Origin: Actinomycetota bacterium
GTDB taxonomy: Bacteria; Actinomycetota; Acidimicrobiia; Acidimicrobiales; Ilumatobacteraceae
Direction of reading: 5' to 3'
Length of the DNA: 64,000 bases
Assembly (NCBI GenBank): GCA_007279905.1
Contig: QYPH01000010.1
Span: 978-64,977 of the forward strand
In this document: positions 27,729 through 38,016 of the stretch, piece after piece
Position numbering within the stretch: the stretch's first letter is position 1
How the letters are laid out: each line of letters opens with the position of its first letter
Program-made: the position numbers and the translations under genes
Notes under the pieces: generated by a model
Told to the model about the DNA's origin: nothing
Databases searched by the model: none
Seen by the model: the letters and a program-made list of their open reading frames with translations, nothing else

Positions 27729-29141
27729 ATGTTGCTTACACACGACTCGCACTCAGAACAGAATCTTGAATTCGGTGAGTCAGATCGCCGACTGATCAAC
27801 ATTGATTCTGCAACATCACGTGCAACTCGTGTCGTCCTTGACACTTCAGTCTTAGTCGCCGATCCAACGAGCATGCTCAACTTTGTTGGCTGCGATGTTG
27901 TTATTCCACTCACTGTTGTTGAAGAGTTGGACGGACTCAAGACTCGCATGGACGATGTTGGTCGCTCTGCGCGCACCGCACTTCGCACGATCGAAGACTT
28001 GCGTAAAAAGGCCGGCGGATCACTCGCCGAGCCAATGCGAGTTCATGAAGACCCTGACTACGGAACCGTGCAGATTGAAGTCAACGGCATCCAACGCCAT
28101 CTCCTCATCGAGCATGGTCTAGACCCAGAAATCCCTGATAACCGGATCATTGGAGCCGCCCTTGGACAGGCCAGAGTTGCCCCAACCCGCATGATTTCAA
28201 ACGATGCAGCCCTGCGTATTAAGGCTGCCCACCTAGGTCTTCAGGCCGAGGAGCACCAGCCGATTGGAGCCGGTCGGTCCACTAGGCCAATGGGCTGGGT
28301 CACGATCGATACCAGCGTTACAAACATCGACACGCTCTACAGCAGCGGAGGCATCGAAGTTTCGTCGCTTGATACACCAGGGCCATTTGTTGAAAACAAT
28401 TTTGCAGTATTGCGCAGTGGATCACAATCGGCTCTGACACGTTGTGTCAACAATGAACTCAAAGTGCTTCCGCATAATGCTCCCGAGGCATGGGGGCTTC
28501 GATCGCGCAGCAAAGAGCAGCGGTTTTCTCTCGAGTTGCTACTTGACCCTGAAGTAACTGTGATCGCACTCGACGGTCGTGCTGGCACTGGCAAGACCGT
28601 CATGGCAATTGCTGCAGGTCTCGAACAAGTTGTCGAGACACGCCGTTACGAACGGCTCGCGGTGTATCGACCACTCGTTCCTGTTGGTCGTGCTGACGTA
28701 GGTTTTTTGCCAGGCGATCTCAATGAAAAGCTCGATCCATGGATGGCCGCGATTCATGATGCAATAGTTGCTCTCACTGATCAGCGCTCTAGTCGCGATG
28801 CGGTCGGATTAATTGACGACCTGACGGATCGTGGTCAACTCACGCTCGAGTCGGTCACCTTTTTGCGCGGCAGGTCGCTCCAACAGCAGTTTGTGGTTGT
28901 CGACGAGGCCCAAAACCTCGAGCCAACAACGCTAAAAACTATTCTGACTCGCATCGGCGAGGGCACCAAAGTTGTCTTTACGGGCGACACCAGCCAGATT
29001 GACGCGCCGTATATGGGCGAGACCAATAATGCTCTCGCCGTTTTGATACATGCCTTTGCTGGTCAGTGCTGCTTTGGACACGTGACCCTGGCTGCTTGTG
29101 AACGCAGCGAGGTGGCCAGCCTGGCTGCCGAATTGCTCTAA
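27729..29141 (+). CDS. PhoH2-type PIN-domain/PhoH ATPase protein
   Basis: N-terminal PIN domain (VLDTSVLVADP), C-terminal PhoH domain with Walker A GRAGTGKT, and VVDEAQNLE. Confidence 0.9.
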   Translation: MLLTHDSHSEQNLEFGESDRRLINIDSATSRATRVVLDTSVLVADPTSMLNFVGCDVVIPLTVVEELDGLKTRMDDVGRSARTALRTIEDLRKKAGGSLAEPMRVHEDPDYGTVQIEVNGIQRHLLIEHGLDPEIPDNRIIGAALGQARVAPTRMISNDAALRIKAAHLGLQAEEHQPIGAGRSTRPMGWVTIDTSVTNIDTLYSSGGIEVSSLDTPGPFVENNFAVLRSGSQSALTRCVNNELKVLPHNAPEAWGLRSRSKEQRFSLELLLDPEVTVIALDGRAGTGKTVMAIAAGLEQVVETRRYERLAVYRPLVPVGRADVGFLPGDLNEKLDPWMAAIHDAIVALTDQRSSRDAVGLIDDLTDRGQLTLESVTFLRGRSLQQQFVVVDEAQNLEPTTLKTILTRIGEGTKVVFTGDTSQIDAPYMGETNNALAVLIHAFAGQCCFGHVTLAACERSEVASLAAELL

Positions 29142-29241
29142 ATAGCCAGACTTTTCTAAAAAAGGTTTGATCTGAACCCGACATTATTGGTACATGTCCA
29201 TTTAGTCTGTAATAACCCCCTCCAAAGAATTGGAGCAATCC

Positions 29242-29574
29242 ATGAGCGATATGTGTCCAGGTATCGATATCGATATCGATCATTCGATACTCAACGGAAC
29301 ATTGGATGGCTGGTCACATCTCGCAAAATGCAAGGGTTACGCACGACTATTTTTTGGTAAGCGCGCCGAGCGCCCGCAAGCACGAGTGCGCAGAGAGGGT
29401 AAGGCCCACGAGCTTTGTCAGGTTTGCACGGTGCAGCCAAACTGCCGCGCATTTGCTCGCAACAATCACGAATACGGTTTTTGGGGCGACGAAAATGAAG
29501 AGTCGCGACACGATGCCGGTTTCACCTTGTCGTCACCAATTGGAGTGCGAGTCACTCCTATTGCTTACCTCTAG
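29242..29574 (+). CDS. WhiB-family transcriptional regulator
   Basis: Four-Cys pattern C-x29-C-x2-C-x5-C (CKG...CQVCTVQPNC) followed by the GFWGDE turn. The ATG at 29242 is preceded by GGAG. Confidence 0.9.
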   Translation: MSDMCPGIDIDIDHSILNGTLDGWSHLAKCKGYARLFFGKRAERPQARVRREGKAHELCQVCTVQPNCRAFARNNHEYGFWGDENEESRHDAGFTLSSPIGVRVTPIAYL

Positions 29575-29618
29575 GCGCTATGTCAGTTTGAGCATGACAA
29601 CCCTGCTAAACTAGAAAC

Positions 29619-30035
29619 ATGCCTGATCATTCCATCAAGACTCAAGACATCACCGATCCGGGTGATTTTGTCACTCGCTTTATTGAAAACATCGAACAAA
29701 GCCATTTCACTGCAGCCATGGACATGGTTTCTGATGACTGCGAATACGACAATGTCCCGATCACCAAAGTGTTCGGCAAACAAGCAATGATCCAAATCTT
29801 GTCCGACTTCTTGGCCGCTGCCACAAAGGTTGAATGGCTTATTCATCATCAAGTCAGCAGTGGCGATATGGATCATGGTGTCGTGATGAATGAGCGAACC
29901 GACCGTTTCGAAATGGACGATCGCTGGATCGAACTCGATTTCGCAGGTCTTTTTGTAGTCAGTGGCGGCAAAATTGCATTGTGGCGCGACTATTTTGATC
30001 GCGAATCATTTACCAAGGCGCTTGCCGCAAAATAG
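29619..30035 (+). CDS. limonene-1,2-epoxide hydrolase/SnoaL-like (NTF2-fold) protein
   Basis: About 138 aa with an NTF2-like pattern and the C-terminal GGKIALWRDYFD typical of the LEH family. Confidence 0.7.
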   Translation: MPDHSIKTQDITDPGDFVTRFIENIEQSHFTAAMDMVSDDCEYDNVPITKVFGKQAMIQILSDFLAAATKVEWLIHHQVSSGDMDHGVVMNERTDRFEMDDRWIELDFAGLFVVSGGKIALWRDYFDRESFTKALAAK

Positions 30036-30058
30036 CTAAACAGCTCCATAATCTTTCG

Positions 30059-31015
30059 TTAGGCGTATCGCTTCAACACTTGCGCGGCCGCACGCTTCCC
30101 GAGATCTTGTAATTCGCGTGGCTCGAGCACCTTCACTCCAGTGCCAGCACGCAGCAATAACCGTGACAACCAATGCTCGTTTCCTACAGCCATGGTGACG
30201 ATGGTTGAGCCATCGCTACTCACCTCTCGCGACATGTATGGATACGACTCAACAACCCACCTCGCCGACGGCTCGACGCGCAGAGTCACATGCAATGCAG
30301 CATTTTCGAACCATGCATTGCCATCGGCTATTCGTTTGGCACTCGAGTCTGGTGCGGTGAAATCACCAGTCAACGCAAGTTTTTCAATTCGATCGATCCG
30401 AAATTCACGCAACTCACCCGACTTGTCGTCATCTGCCGAAACGTACCAATGCCCACCGCGTTCAAACACACTGCGCGCAATGATGGTGCGTTCCGACCGC
30501 AACGCCGATGCAGGTGTGAAATAGGTAATCAAAACATGTGCGCCTGGCAAAACCGCATTACGCAAGTCTTCGAGATACGTAACGGGCTTGAGATCAACCT
30601 CAACAACTTGGTCATCGGTTGGCAGCAACGGACGCAACTTTTTTAGTGCCGTGGCGAGTGGACCAGATTTGTTGGCACCAGGTAGCCGCAATGCAGCCTT
30701 GCCCATCACTGTGAGCGCAAAGACTTCGGCAGAATTCAGTTGTAAAGGGCGCGAAAACATCAGTGGCACCTCAGCCACAACTTCGTCTTCGTCCACAAAC
30801 ACATCTATCAACGCATCGGGAGAATACGGTGGAACGCCACAGACAGAGGCCATCATGATGTCGTCAATCAATTCTGCTTCTGACAATTTGAACTGTTTTG
30901 CCATGTCAGACAATTTGACGCGTTTGCGTTCAACAAGCCACGGCAGCATCACCATCAAGCCCGCTACGCGCTCTGCTGCGCCTCGTGGACCACGGCGAGA
31001 TCTGCGAAGTGCCAT
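30059..31015 (-). CDS. pafC: WYL-domain transcriptional regulator, PafC-like
   Basis: HTH plus WYL architecture. It is paired with, and start/stop-overlapped by, the upstream paralogue, as in PafBC. Confidence 0.7.
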   Translation of the reverse strand: MALRRSRRGPRGAAERVAGLMVMLPWLVERKRVKLSDMAKQFKLSEAELIDDIMMASVCGVPPYSPDALIDVFVDEDEVVAEVPLMFSRPLQLNSAEVFALTVMGKAALRLPGANKSGPLATALKKLRPLLPTDDQVVEVDLKPVTYLEDLRNAVLPGAHVLITYFTPASALRSERTIIARSVFERGGHWYVSADDDKSGELREFRIDRIEKLALTGDFTAPDSSAKRIADGNAWFENAALHVTLRVEPSARWVVESYPYMSREVSSDGSTIVTMAVGNEHWLSRLLLRAGTGVKVLEPRELQDLGKRAAAQVLKRYA

Positions 31016-31965
31016 TAGTTGCGCCCCGCAAGCGCGTTGAGATGACCAATAATGTGCTCTCTGACTCGAGGTGGCCCGAGTACTTCGACCCGATCAACCA
31101 TCGCAAACAGCCATACTCGAAATGCGCCCAAGTTTGCGCACGGAATCGCGAACTCAATCGCACCATCGCTACGTTCGCGCAACACTGCACCTTGACCAAA
31201 CTCTGTCTTGACACGCTGTGCGAGCGAGGCATCGACCAACACCGTTGCAATTGCATCGTCGCCATTGCCTTCAGCCAACAATTCGAGTTCGGTTGGCACG
31301 GCTTTTGCTAAATCAAAACCCTCAGGTCGCGCAAATGACTGCGCCTCTCCATTGGTGATATCACCCTCGATTCGATCGACACGAAATACACGCTGTGCAT
31401 CTCGCAGATGATCAAAACCTACGATGTACCAAAACCCGCCTCGCGACAACAATCCATACGGATCCACTTGCCGCTGTTGTCCTTTGTACACAAACTTGAG
31501 CGTGCGGTGCTCCACTACGCCTGTCGCAAGGGCCGGCAATTGCCTATCGTCCATTTGAATATTGACGCTTGTCGACGGCCTATCGAGCGCGCGCTCTCCA
31601 CCCAACTTCCACAGCGCTTCGTCGCCGTAGCTCGCGCCAATGCGCACTGTGGCTATTGCCATTTGCAGAGCGGCGCGTTCGGCATCGTTCAAACCGAGAT
31701 CGCCAATTTCAAACTGCCGACGATCGACGGTGTAAGCACCCTCTCCCGCCTTGTCTCCACCGAGCGTGACCATGTCCATCGGTATTCCGAGTGCGCGAAG
31801 TTCGGCTTTGTCTCGCTCGAACGCTGCACGCGCCGCCGAGTCACCAGCTGGATATTGGTTAACCAGTTCTTGGCGGATCTGTTTCAGCGTCAGCGACTGG
31901 GTTCGTTGCACAAGCAGCGCCAGCAGGTTGATCATGCGCTCAGGTTGCGAAGTTTTGGCCGCCAT
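31015..31965 (-). CDS. pafB: WYL-domain transcriptional regulator, PafB-like
   Basis: ERMINLLALLVQRTQSLTLKQIRQEL...FERDKAELRALGIPM, a WYL domain (GGFWYIVGFDH), and tandem arrangement with the paralogue. Confidence 0.7.
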   Translation of the reverse strand: MAAKTSQPERMINLLALLVQRTQSLTLKQIRQELVNQYPAGDSAARAAFERDKAELRALGIPMDMVTLGGDKAGEGAYTVDRRQFEIGDLGLNDAERAALQMAIATVRIGASYGDEALWKLGGERALDRPSTSVNIQMDDRQLPALATGVVEHRTLKFVYKGQQRQVDPYGLLSRGGFWYIVGFDHLRDAQRVFRVDRIEGDITNGEAQSFARPEGFDLAKAVPTELELLAEGNGDDAIATVLVDASLAQRVKTEFGQGAVLRERSDGAIEFAIPCANLGAFRVWLFAMVDRVEVLGPPRVREHIIGHLNALAGRN

Positions 31966-31984
31966 TACCGCAACATTAGATGTT

Positions 31985-33574
31985 TTAGCGGTGTTTGAGA
32001 TACCACTGCATCAGTTGATGCGTAGAAGCGTCTTGATCAGTTTTTGAGACGCCTTTCGCAATCTGGTCGCCAAGATCGTTGGCCAGTTTCTTGCCCAATT
32101 CGACACCCCACTGATCAAAACTGTTGATACCCCAGACACAACCTTGCACGAAGACGCTGTGTTCGTAGAGCGCTATGAGCGCACCAAGGGTTTGCGCGGA
32201 CAACTCACTTGCAAGCAACACCGTTGAGGGGCGGTTGCCGGGCATCACTCGTTGAGCCTCTTCGGATGATGCCCCAAAAGCCAACGCTTGTGCCTGTGCA
32301 AACATGTTGGCAATCAATGTGTCGTGAGCATTGGAATGCACTGAAGATGACTGTGCAAATCCAATCAGGTCTACAGGCACAACCGACGTGCCCTGGTGCA
32401 GCAATTGCATAAATGCGTGCTGCGAATTGGTGCCAACACTCCCCCACACAACTGGAGATGTTTGTGTTGTCACCACCTGGTTGTCATTTTGCACATGCTT
32501 GCCGTTGCTTTCCATAATCAGTTGTTGCAGGTATGGAGCAAACTGCGCGAGCGCAGATGCATACGGCACGATGGCTTGTGTTTCGCGACCTAAGACAGAT
32601 CGATTCCACACACTGATGAGACCCATCAGTACGGGAATATTTTGATCCATCTCAGCACTCAAGAAGTGCTCGTCAACTTGGCGCATCCCGCTTAAGAAAT
32701 CATCAAAAACTGTAGGGCCAAATGCAATCACATTTGCCAAGTTGACTGCCGATGAAACAGAAAACCTGCCCCCAACCCATGGCCAGATTTTGAATGAATG
32801 AGCAAATGCAATACCAGCAGATGCCGCTCGCTGAGGCTCGACGGACACGACGGCACAATGTTGCGCCACACCAGCATCTCCCACAGATGCCGCCAACCAC
32901 TTCTGAATAATCAAACTATTTGAAAGTGTCTCTGCGGTCGAAAAAGTTTTTGAGCACATCACCACCAATGTCTGTTGCGCGTCATGTTGCTTGAGCACTT
33001 GCTCTACATCAATTGGGTCGATATTCGAGACAAACGCGCACTGCAATGCTGGTGTGAGGGATGTCGAAAGTACATCCCATACAAGAGACGGTCCTAGATC
33101 GCTTCCGCCAATCCCTACGTTGATGATGTGGGTAAAAGGCTTGCCCGTTGCGCCACAAAGACTGCCGCCCCGAACACCATGAGCAAATTCGGCCATCGAG
33201 CGTCGCACCTGATGCACTTCTTGCACAACATCAACTCCGTCAATCACAATATTTACGGTGCTTGGAGCGCGCAGTGCTACATGAAGCACCGGCCGACCTT
33301 CAGATTCGTTCACAGGCTCGCCTGCAAACATGGCATCTCGTCGGCTTTGCACTCCCGCTTCAGAAGCGAGTGCGAGCAATGACTCAACAATTTCAACTGA
33401 GACGTTTTGTTTTGAAAAATCTACGATGACCGATGCATCGCCCACGTTGAGTTGATGAGTGAATCGCTGGGCCCGTTGAGAGTCGTGCAAAAACAACCCG
33501 CTCAGGGTTGATTGCGGCGCCTCTTTGCCAAGAGCGACAAGTTTCATCCACGAAGATGTGGTGGTGATATCCAC
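31985..33574 (-). CDS. pgi: glucose-6-phosphate isomerase
   Basis: Full-length PGI similarity (INVGIGGSDLGP, SKTFSTAETL, ESNGK, FDQWGVELGK). Confidence 0.95.
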   Translation of the reverse strand: MDITTTSSWMKLVALGKEAPQSTLSGLFLHDSQRAQRFTHQLNVGDASVIVDFSKQNVSVEIVESLLALASEAGVQSRRDAMFAGEPVNESEGRPVLHVALRAPSTVNIVIDGVDVVQEVHQVRRSMAEFAHGVRGGSLCGATGKPFTHIINVGIGGSDLGPSLVWDVLSTSLTPALQCAFVSNIDPIDVEQVLKQHDAQQTLVVMCSKTFSTAETLSNSLIIQKWLAASVGDAGVAQHCAVVSVEPQRAASAGIAFAHSFKIWPWVGGRFSVSSAVNLANVIAFGPTVFDDFLSGMRQVDEHFLSAEMDQNIPVLMGLISVWNRSVLGRETQAIVPYASALAQFAPYLQQLIMESNGKHVQNDNQVVTTQTSPVVWGSVGTNSQHAFMQLLHQGTSVVPVDLIGFAQSSSVHSNAHDTLIANMFAQAQALAFGASSEEAQRVMPGNRPSTVLLASELSAQTLGALIALYEHSVFVQGCVWGINSFDQWGVELGKKLANDLGDQIAKGVSKTDQDASTHQLMQWYLKHR

Positions 33575-33627
33575 TGTTCACAGGTTATCTGGCTACCGCG
33601 AGTAGCGTCTTGCACCGTGATTGCTTT

Positions 33628-34581
33628 ATGACGTACACCGACGAAGCATCACAAGTAGATGCTGCACAGCGTGACGCCAGATCTGGAGTGACTCTCGGGT
33701 TGGCTGCGTATCTCATCTGGGGTCTTGTCACCATTTTTTGGAAACACCTCAAAGGTTTCGACTCGTTTGAACTCATTGGTTGGCGCATCACCACATCCGC
33801 GATATTGCTCATTGCCTACATGACAGCAACAAAGCGCATCAAACCACTGCTTGTAACGATGCGCAACCCAACAATTTTGTTACGTCTTGCCCTGGCAAGC
33901 ATCTTGCTGACGATCAATTGGACGACGTATGTCTGGGCAGTTGTTAATGGCCATGTCATTGAAACCGCATTGGGCTATTTCATTGCACCACTCTGCACGA
34001 TGGTGCTTGGCGTATATGTCCTGCATGAAAAACTTCGTAGAACGCAAATCATCGCGGTGTGCTTTGCTGTGTGCGGAGTAGTCGTGCTCACAGTCGGCTA
34101 TGGCAGAGTGCCATGGATTGCGCTCACCATTGCATCATCATGGACGTTCTATGGTTATCTTAAAAAACGGGTGCAACTACAGCCGCTCGAGAGTCTGACA
34201 GGCGAAGTAATTGTTGCCTGCATCCCCGCACTTGTCTATGTTGCAGTGTGCTGGAATCACGTTGGCAGCGTGGCAAACACCGCATCGTCCGCAGAGTGGA
34301 CACTCATCGGGCTCACGGGTTTTGTTACTACTGTGCCACTCCTCTTGTTTGCTGCGTCGTCGCAGCGCATTCCACTCACCTTGATCGGACCAATGCAATA
34401 CATCGTTCCAACGATCAATTTCCTTCTTGGGTGGCTGCTCTATAGCGAAGAAATCACGGCAACCAAAGTTGTAGGTTTTGCACTTATCTGGGTTTGCTTG
34501 GCGATTGTGTTACTCGACTTATTTATTTGGCAGCAACGTGGCGCGCAGTCCCAGCAACAATCTGCTTCAAACCAGCAATAA
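33628..34581 (+). CDS. rarD: RarD/EamA-family transporter
   Basis: 10-TM DMT protein with the RarD-like GYFIAPL motif. The start could be 33610 or 33628. Confidence 0.75.
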   Translation: MTYTDEASQVDAAQRDARSGVTLGLAAYLIWGLVTIFWKHLKGFDSFELIGWRITTSAILLIAYMTATKRIKPLLVTMRNPTILLRLALASILLTINWTTYVWAVVNGHVIETALGYFIAPLCTMVLGVYVLHEKLRRTQIIAVCFAVCGVVVLTVGYGRVPWIALTIASSWTFYGYLKKRVQLQPLESLTGEVIVACIPALVYVAVCWNHVGSVANTASSAEWTLIGLTGFVTTVPLLLFAASSQRIPLTLIGPMQYIVPTINFLLGWLLYSEEITATKVVGFALIWVCLAIVLLDLFIWQQRGAQSQQQSASNQQ

Positions 34582-35158
34582 CATCAAGCCCACGCTGTTG
34601 ATCGTTGACAGTTGTCGAAAAACGCGACAAACCTGTGAGCACCACGTTGACCAGATCTTGTAAAACCTGCGCGTTGATGCCTTCAGTGATTTCGCCTCGA
34701 TCAACCGCGTCTGTGCACATCTTCGACAAAAACTGTCCAATCCCAAGCCGCAATGGTGCAATTGCCGCCGACAACTCTGGATGACGTTGTAATTCAGAAG
34801 CGACTCCAACAACAAAGCTTGCAAGCGAAGGGTCTTTGGCGCTCATCATTGCAATTGAATCCAAGATTGCTGAAAATTTGTCGGCGAAGGTTTTGTGTTT
34901 CGCAGCCGCTTCTTCAAATGCACGCTGCACGATCTCTTGCATCTCACCGTACGCCGCAACATACATGTCTAACTTTGAAGGAAAGTAATAATAGATAGCG
35001 CCTGTTGTAATACCGGCAGCTTCGGCGAGTGCCCGATTGGTTGTGGCGTCGTAGCCAACAGCAGCAAACGATCGACGAGCTTCACGCACTAATAGCTTTC
35101 GTGTTTCGCCAGAGTCAACGGCGCATGGTCGACCCAACTTCTTGACCAAAACTTTCAT
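34523..35158 (-). CDS. TetR-family transcriptional regulator
   Basis: HTH sequence GYDATTNRALAEAAGITTGAIYYYFPSKLDM. Confidence 0.85.
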   Translation of the reverse strand: MKVLVKKLGRPCAVDSGETRKLLVREARRSFAAVGYDATTNRALAEAAGITTGAIYYYFPSKLDMYVAAYGEMQEIVQRAFEEAAAKHKTFADKFSAILDSIAMMSAKDPSLASFVVGVASELQRHPELSAAIAPLRLGIGQFLSKMCTDAVDRGEITEGINAQVLQDLVNVVLTGLSRFSTTVNDQQRGLDVIAGLKQIVAGTARHVAAK

Positions 35159-35186
35159 ATCTTCAGGCTAATTCGGCGATCTACTC

Positions 35187-36098
35187 TCAGGCGAAGCGGC
35201 GCAAGTGGTGTGCCAACTCAATTGGGCGATCGCCCTGCACGCTATGCCCAGCACCATCTACGACCACGATCTCGGCATGAGGGCACTGCTCTCGCACCCC
35301 CGCAATGTCTTCATCATCGACAACAGGAGATGCTCCGCCACGCACCACCAAAAGTGGGCATGCAAGACGCGATACCGCGTCCCATAGTGCCGAGCGTGGG
35401 GCCTCTGTTTCAAGATTCGTTTTTTCAGAATTGATTTGACCACGACGGTCATAACGCCACTCCCAGCTTCCATCGCTCAGTTGGTGTGCATTATGCAAAA
35501 TACCGCGGCGCAAACTTGTTGCAGAACGTGTTGGGTTGTGCTCTGTTGTGCGCGCAAGCAGGTCGTCAAAACTGGCAAAACTTTGTGGACCATTAATAAA
35601 GTCGAGCACGGCTTTTGCCTTTTTGCTTGTAACGCCAGGAGTGATGTCAACCATCACGAGATGCCGTACCAACTGTGGATATTTGTCGGTGAGAACCAAA
35701 CATGTCAGTCCGCCCAACGACATTCCCACAATCGCTTGCGCGTTTGGTGCCAGTTGTTCAACAACAATTGCCAAATCGTCTGCCAAATTCTGTGGCGTGT
35801 ATGTTGCATCTTCGCGCCACGAAGAATGCCCGTGCCCTGGCAAATCAACTGCAAGCAATGGGCATCCGAGGGCAAGCGCAACGGTGTCCCACGTGTGCGC
35901 ATTTTGAGCGGTGCCGTGCACCAACACCAATTGCGGTTCTCCGTTTCCCCACTTGAGTGCGCTTACCGTTCGTTCATCGGGCAATTGCACACTGACGCGC
36001 CGCACAATTGGTGTAGCGCTTGCATCAATCGAGTACTCCGCAATGTTTTGTCCAAACATCGAAAACTCGTCGTATGAAACCATCTCTGCGTTGCTCAT
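35187..36098 (-). CDS. alpha/beta hydrolase
   Basis: HGTAQNAHTWD, nucleophile elbow GMSLGG, and a C-terminal GAGH. Confidence 0.85.
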   Translation of the reverse strand: MSNAEMVSYDEFSMFGQNIAEYSIDASATPIVRRVSVQLPDERTVSALKWGNGEPQLVLVHGTAQNAHTWDTVALALGCPLLAVDLPGHGHSSWREDATYTPQNLADDLAIVVEQLAPNAQAIVGMSLGGLTCLVLTDKYPQLVRHLVMVDITPGVTSKKAKAVLDFINGPQSFASFDDLLARTTEHNPTRSATSLRRGILHNAHQLSDGSWEWRYDRRGQINSEKTNLETEAPRSALWDAVSRLACPLLVVRGGASPVVDDEDIAGVREQCPHAEIVVVDGAGHSVQGDRPIELAHHLRRFA

Positions 36099-36109
36099 GT
36101 GCGATTCTC

Positions 36110-37198
36110 CTACGGTGCAGTAAGGGGAATTGTTGTTGGTGATCCAGCAATTGTTGTTACAACAACTTTTGGCAGAGTCGTTTGAGGAACTGTTGGCACT
36201 GTCGTGTAATCCGGATCTGGTGTATCAAATGGAGGCACAGGAGCACCATAGTCCTCTGGTTCTTTAATGCCGTCAAACACATACACGCGATCGCCGTATG
36301 CGACAATTGCCTGAAAATATCTTGCTACCGACATCGGAATACGTATGCAACCATGTGAAGCAGGCTCGAGGGGCACCAAAATCGCGCCGTGGATGGCGAT
36401 GTTGTAGTTGAAATAGACAGGGTTATACATCGTGCCGAGTTTTGATTCACGCATTCCCTGGCGACGGTTGTAGAAGTAGAAAATCCCTGGGGGCGTTATC
36501 GCCTCTCCGCAAATGCCGCGCTTGATTTCGGCGTCAGTGTTATTGCCATCCTCACCTGGGCTAATAGTCACTTCTTCACACCATTTTTCATTCGACCCTG
36601 TTGAGATGTGTGTGATCACCACGGGTACATTTTCTTTAAACACAATCAACACTTGTTCAGGTAAATACACCTCAACATGTGTTGCGGTGTCGGCATCTCG
36701 CCGAGGCTTGATTTGAATATCCGATTGCATGATCGCCCAAGTTGAAGGTGTAACAACCCCTGTAGCGCCAGCTCGTGGTGTGCCCATAACCAGTTTTTCA
36801 AAAGCCCACACAGCCTGAATAGTGTTCTGCCCAAACTCGCCATCTTGAGGGCCCGGATCAAAATGAAGTGCTGCGAGTCGCTGTTGCACTCGCAATACGT
36901 CGTCACCTTTCATTCCCGGTCGTATTGTTCGTGTCAGCGGCACAGTCACCATCGGAACAGCGGTCGAATCTACGACTACGTTGGGATTACTGGCATCCGA
37001 GTCTGATTTGTCTGCGTTCGCCACAACCGATATCGCAACGACCGTGAGCAACACAGCAATTGCGGCAATCGCTGGTCGCCATCGGTCATACAGGCTGACT
37101 TCGGAGTTGAATCCGTCCAACTCATCGTCGTCAAACAACACGCCTTCATCAAAAAACTCGTCGCCGTCAGAAAACTCGTCAGAAAACTTGTCACTCAT
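36110..37198 (-). CDS. L,D-transpeptidase with peptidoglycan-binding domain
   Basis: Acidic N-terminus plus a TM helix, a PG_binding_1 domain (GDDVLRVQQRLAALHFDPGPQDGEFG), and the YkuD catalytic motif SHGCIRIP. Confidence 0.85.
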   Translation of the reverse strand: MSDKFSDEFSDGDEFFDEGVLFDDDELDGFNSEVSLYDRWRPAIAAIAVLLTVVAISVVANADKSDSDASNPNVVVDSTAVPMVTVPLTRTIRPGMKGDDVLRVQQRLAALHFDPGPQDGEFGQNTIQAVWAFEKLVMGTPRAGATGVVTPSTWAIMQSDIQIKPRRDADTATHVEVYLPEQVLIVFKENVPVVITHISTGSNEKWCEEVTISPGEDGNNTDAEIKRGICGEAITPPGIFYFYNRRQGMRESKLGTMYNPVYFNYNIAIHGAILVPLEPASHGCIRIPMSVARYFQAIVAYGDRVYVFDGIKEPEDYGAPVPPFDTPDPDYTTVPTVPQTTLPKVVVTTIAGSPTTIPLTAP

Positions 37199-37233
37199 GA
37201 TGTTTGTCCATCGTTAGTCAGATGCCGATAAAT

Positions 37234-37986
37234 CTATTTTGTCTGTGGGGCAAGTGCGTTGAGGTGGCCACGCAGCGTCCACGCTTCTTTCAAAATCTTG
37301 ATTATCACCGATGGCGAACTGAGGGTGGATACGCCACGGGTTCTCGGAAAGTAGTCAACACCAAACTGCACAACACTCATATTCATTTTGCGCGCACTCA
37401 CCATTAACTCAGCGTCGATAAATGAACCCTCGCTCGTCAGCGAAATTTGGTCGAGCACATTGCGTCGAACGAGCTTGAATGCAAAGTTGACATCTCTAAA
37501 CCGACAACCAAACAGTGCCCGCACCATCAAGTTATAAAAGTACGAATAGACCACCCGTACATAGCCCTCGCCTGTGCGATCAAAACGATATGCGGCAACA
37601 ATGTCTGCCTCATATTGATGCATCAATCTCATCGCTTTGTGCACTTCCTTAAAGTCAAACGGCAAATCGGCGTCTGTGTACAACACGACGTCGCCGGTCG
37701 CTGCGTGAAAACCCGACTTGATCGATCCACCGAGTTTGCGATTTATCGCATGGTGCACGACTTTGACTCGTGGGTTCTTTGCAGCCGCAGCATCAGCAAG
37801 TTGTGCAGTGGAGTCGGTGGACGCGTCATTGACAATGATCATCTCGTAGTCGCCGATTGTGCCAGCGGCTATCAATTCGTCACCCAACTCGATCGCTGCA
37901 TTCAGTGCGCGCTGCAGATATTCCTCTTCGTTCCACATCGGAAAAAATACGGAAAATCGTTCGAAACGCGGATTCGGCATGCCCAC
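37234..37986 (-). CDS. GT2 glycosyltransferase (polyprenol-phosphate sugar synthase-like)
   Basis: SVFFPMWNEEE, IIVNDASTD and YTDADL motifs of the Dpm1/GtrB-like GT2 family. Confidence 0.8.
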   Translation of the reverse strand: MGMPNPRFERFSVFFPMWNEEEYLQRALNAAIELGDELIAAGTIGDYEMIIVNDASTDSTAQLADAAAAKNPRVKVVHHAINRKLGGSIKSGFHAATGDVVLYTDADLPFDFKEVHKAMRLMHQYEADIVAAYRFDRTGEGYVRVVYSYFYNLMVRALFGCRFRDVNFAFKLVRRNVLDQISLTSEGSFIDAELMVSARKMNMSVVQFGVDYFPRTRGVSTLSSPSVIIKILKEAWTLRGHLNALAPQTK

Positions 37987-38016
37987 TCAGGATATCTGCG
38001 TTCTATCGCCTGTATT

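Noticed and set aside
29261-29290. The (ATCGAT)x3 run with flanking inverted repeat GTATCGA...TCGATAC, at the 5' end of the whiB-like gene.
   Set aside because: It lies inside the coding sequence (GIDIDIDHSIL) and is explained by a repeated Ile-Asp codon pair. I see no independent evidence of a regulatory role.
37447-38016. The N-terminal 190 codons of ORF 37447..38427.
   Set aside because: This part is antisense to the well-supported GT2 gene. Only the hydrophobic distal part (from about 38017) looks coding.
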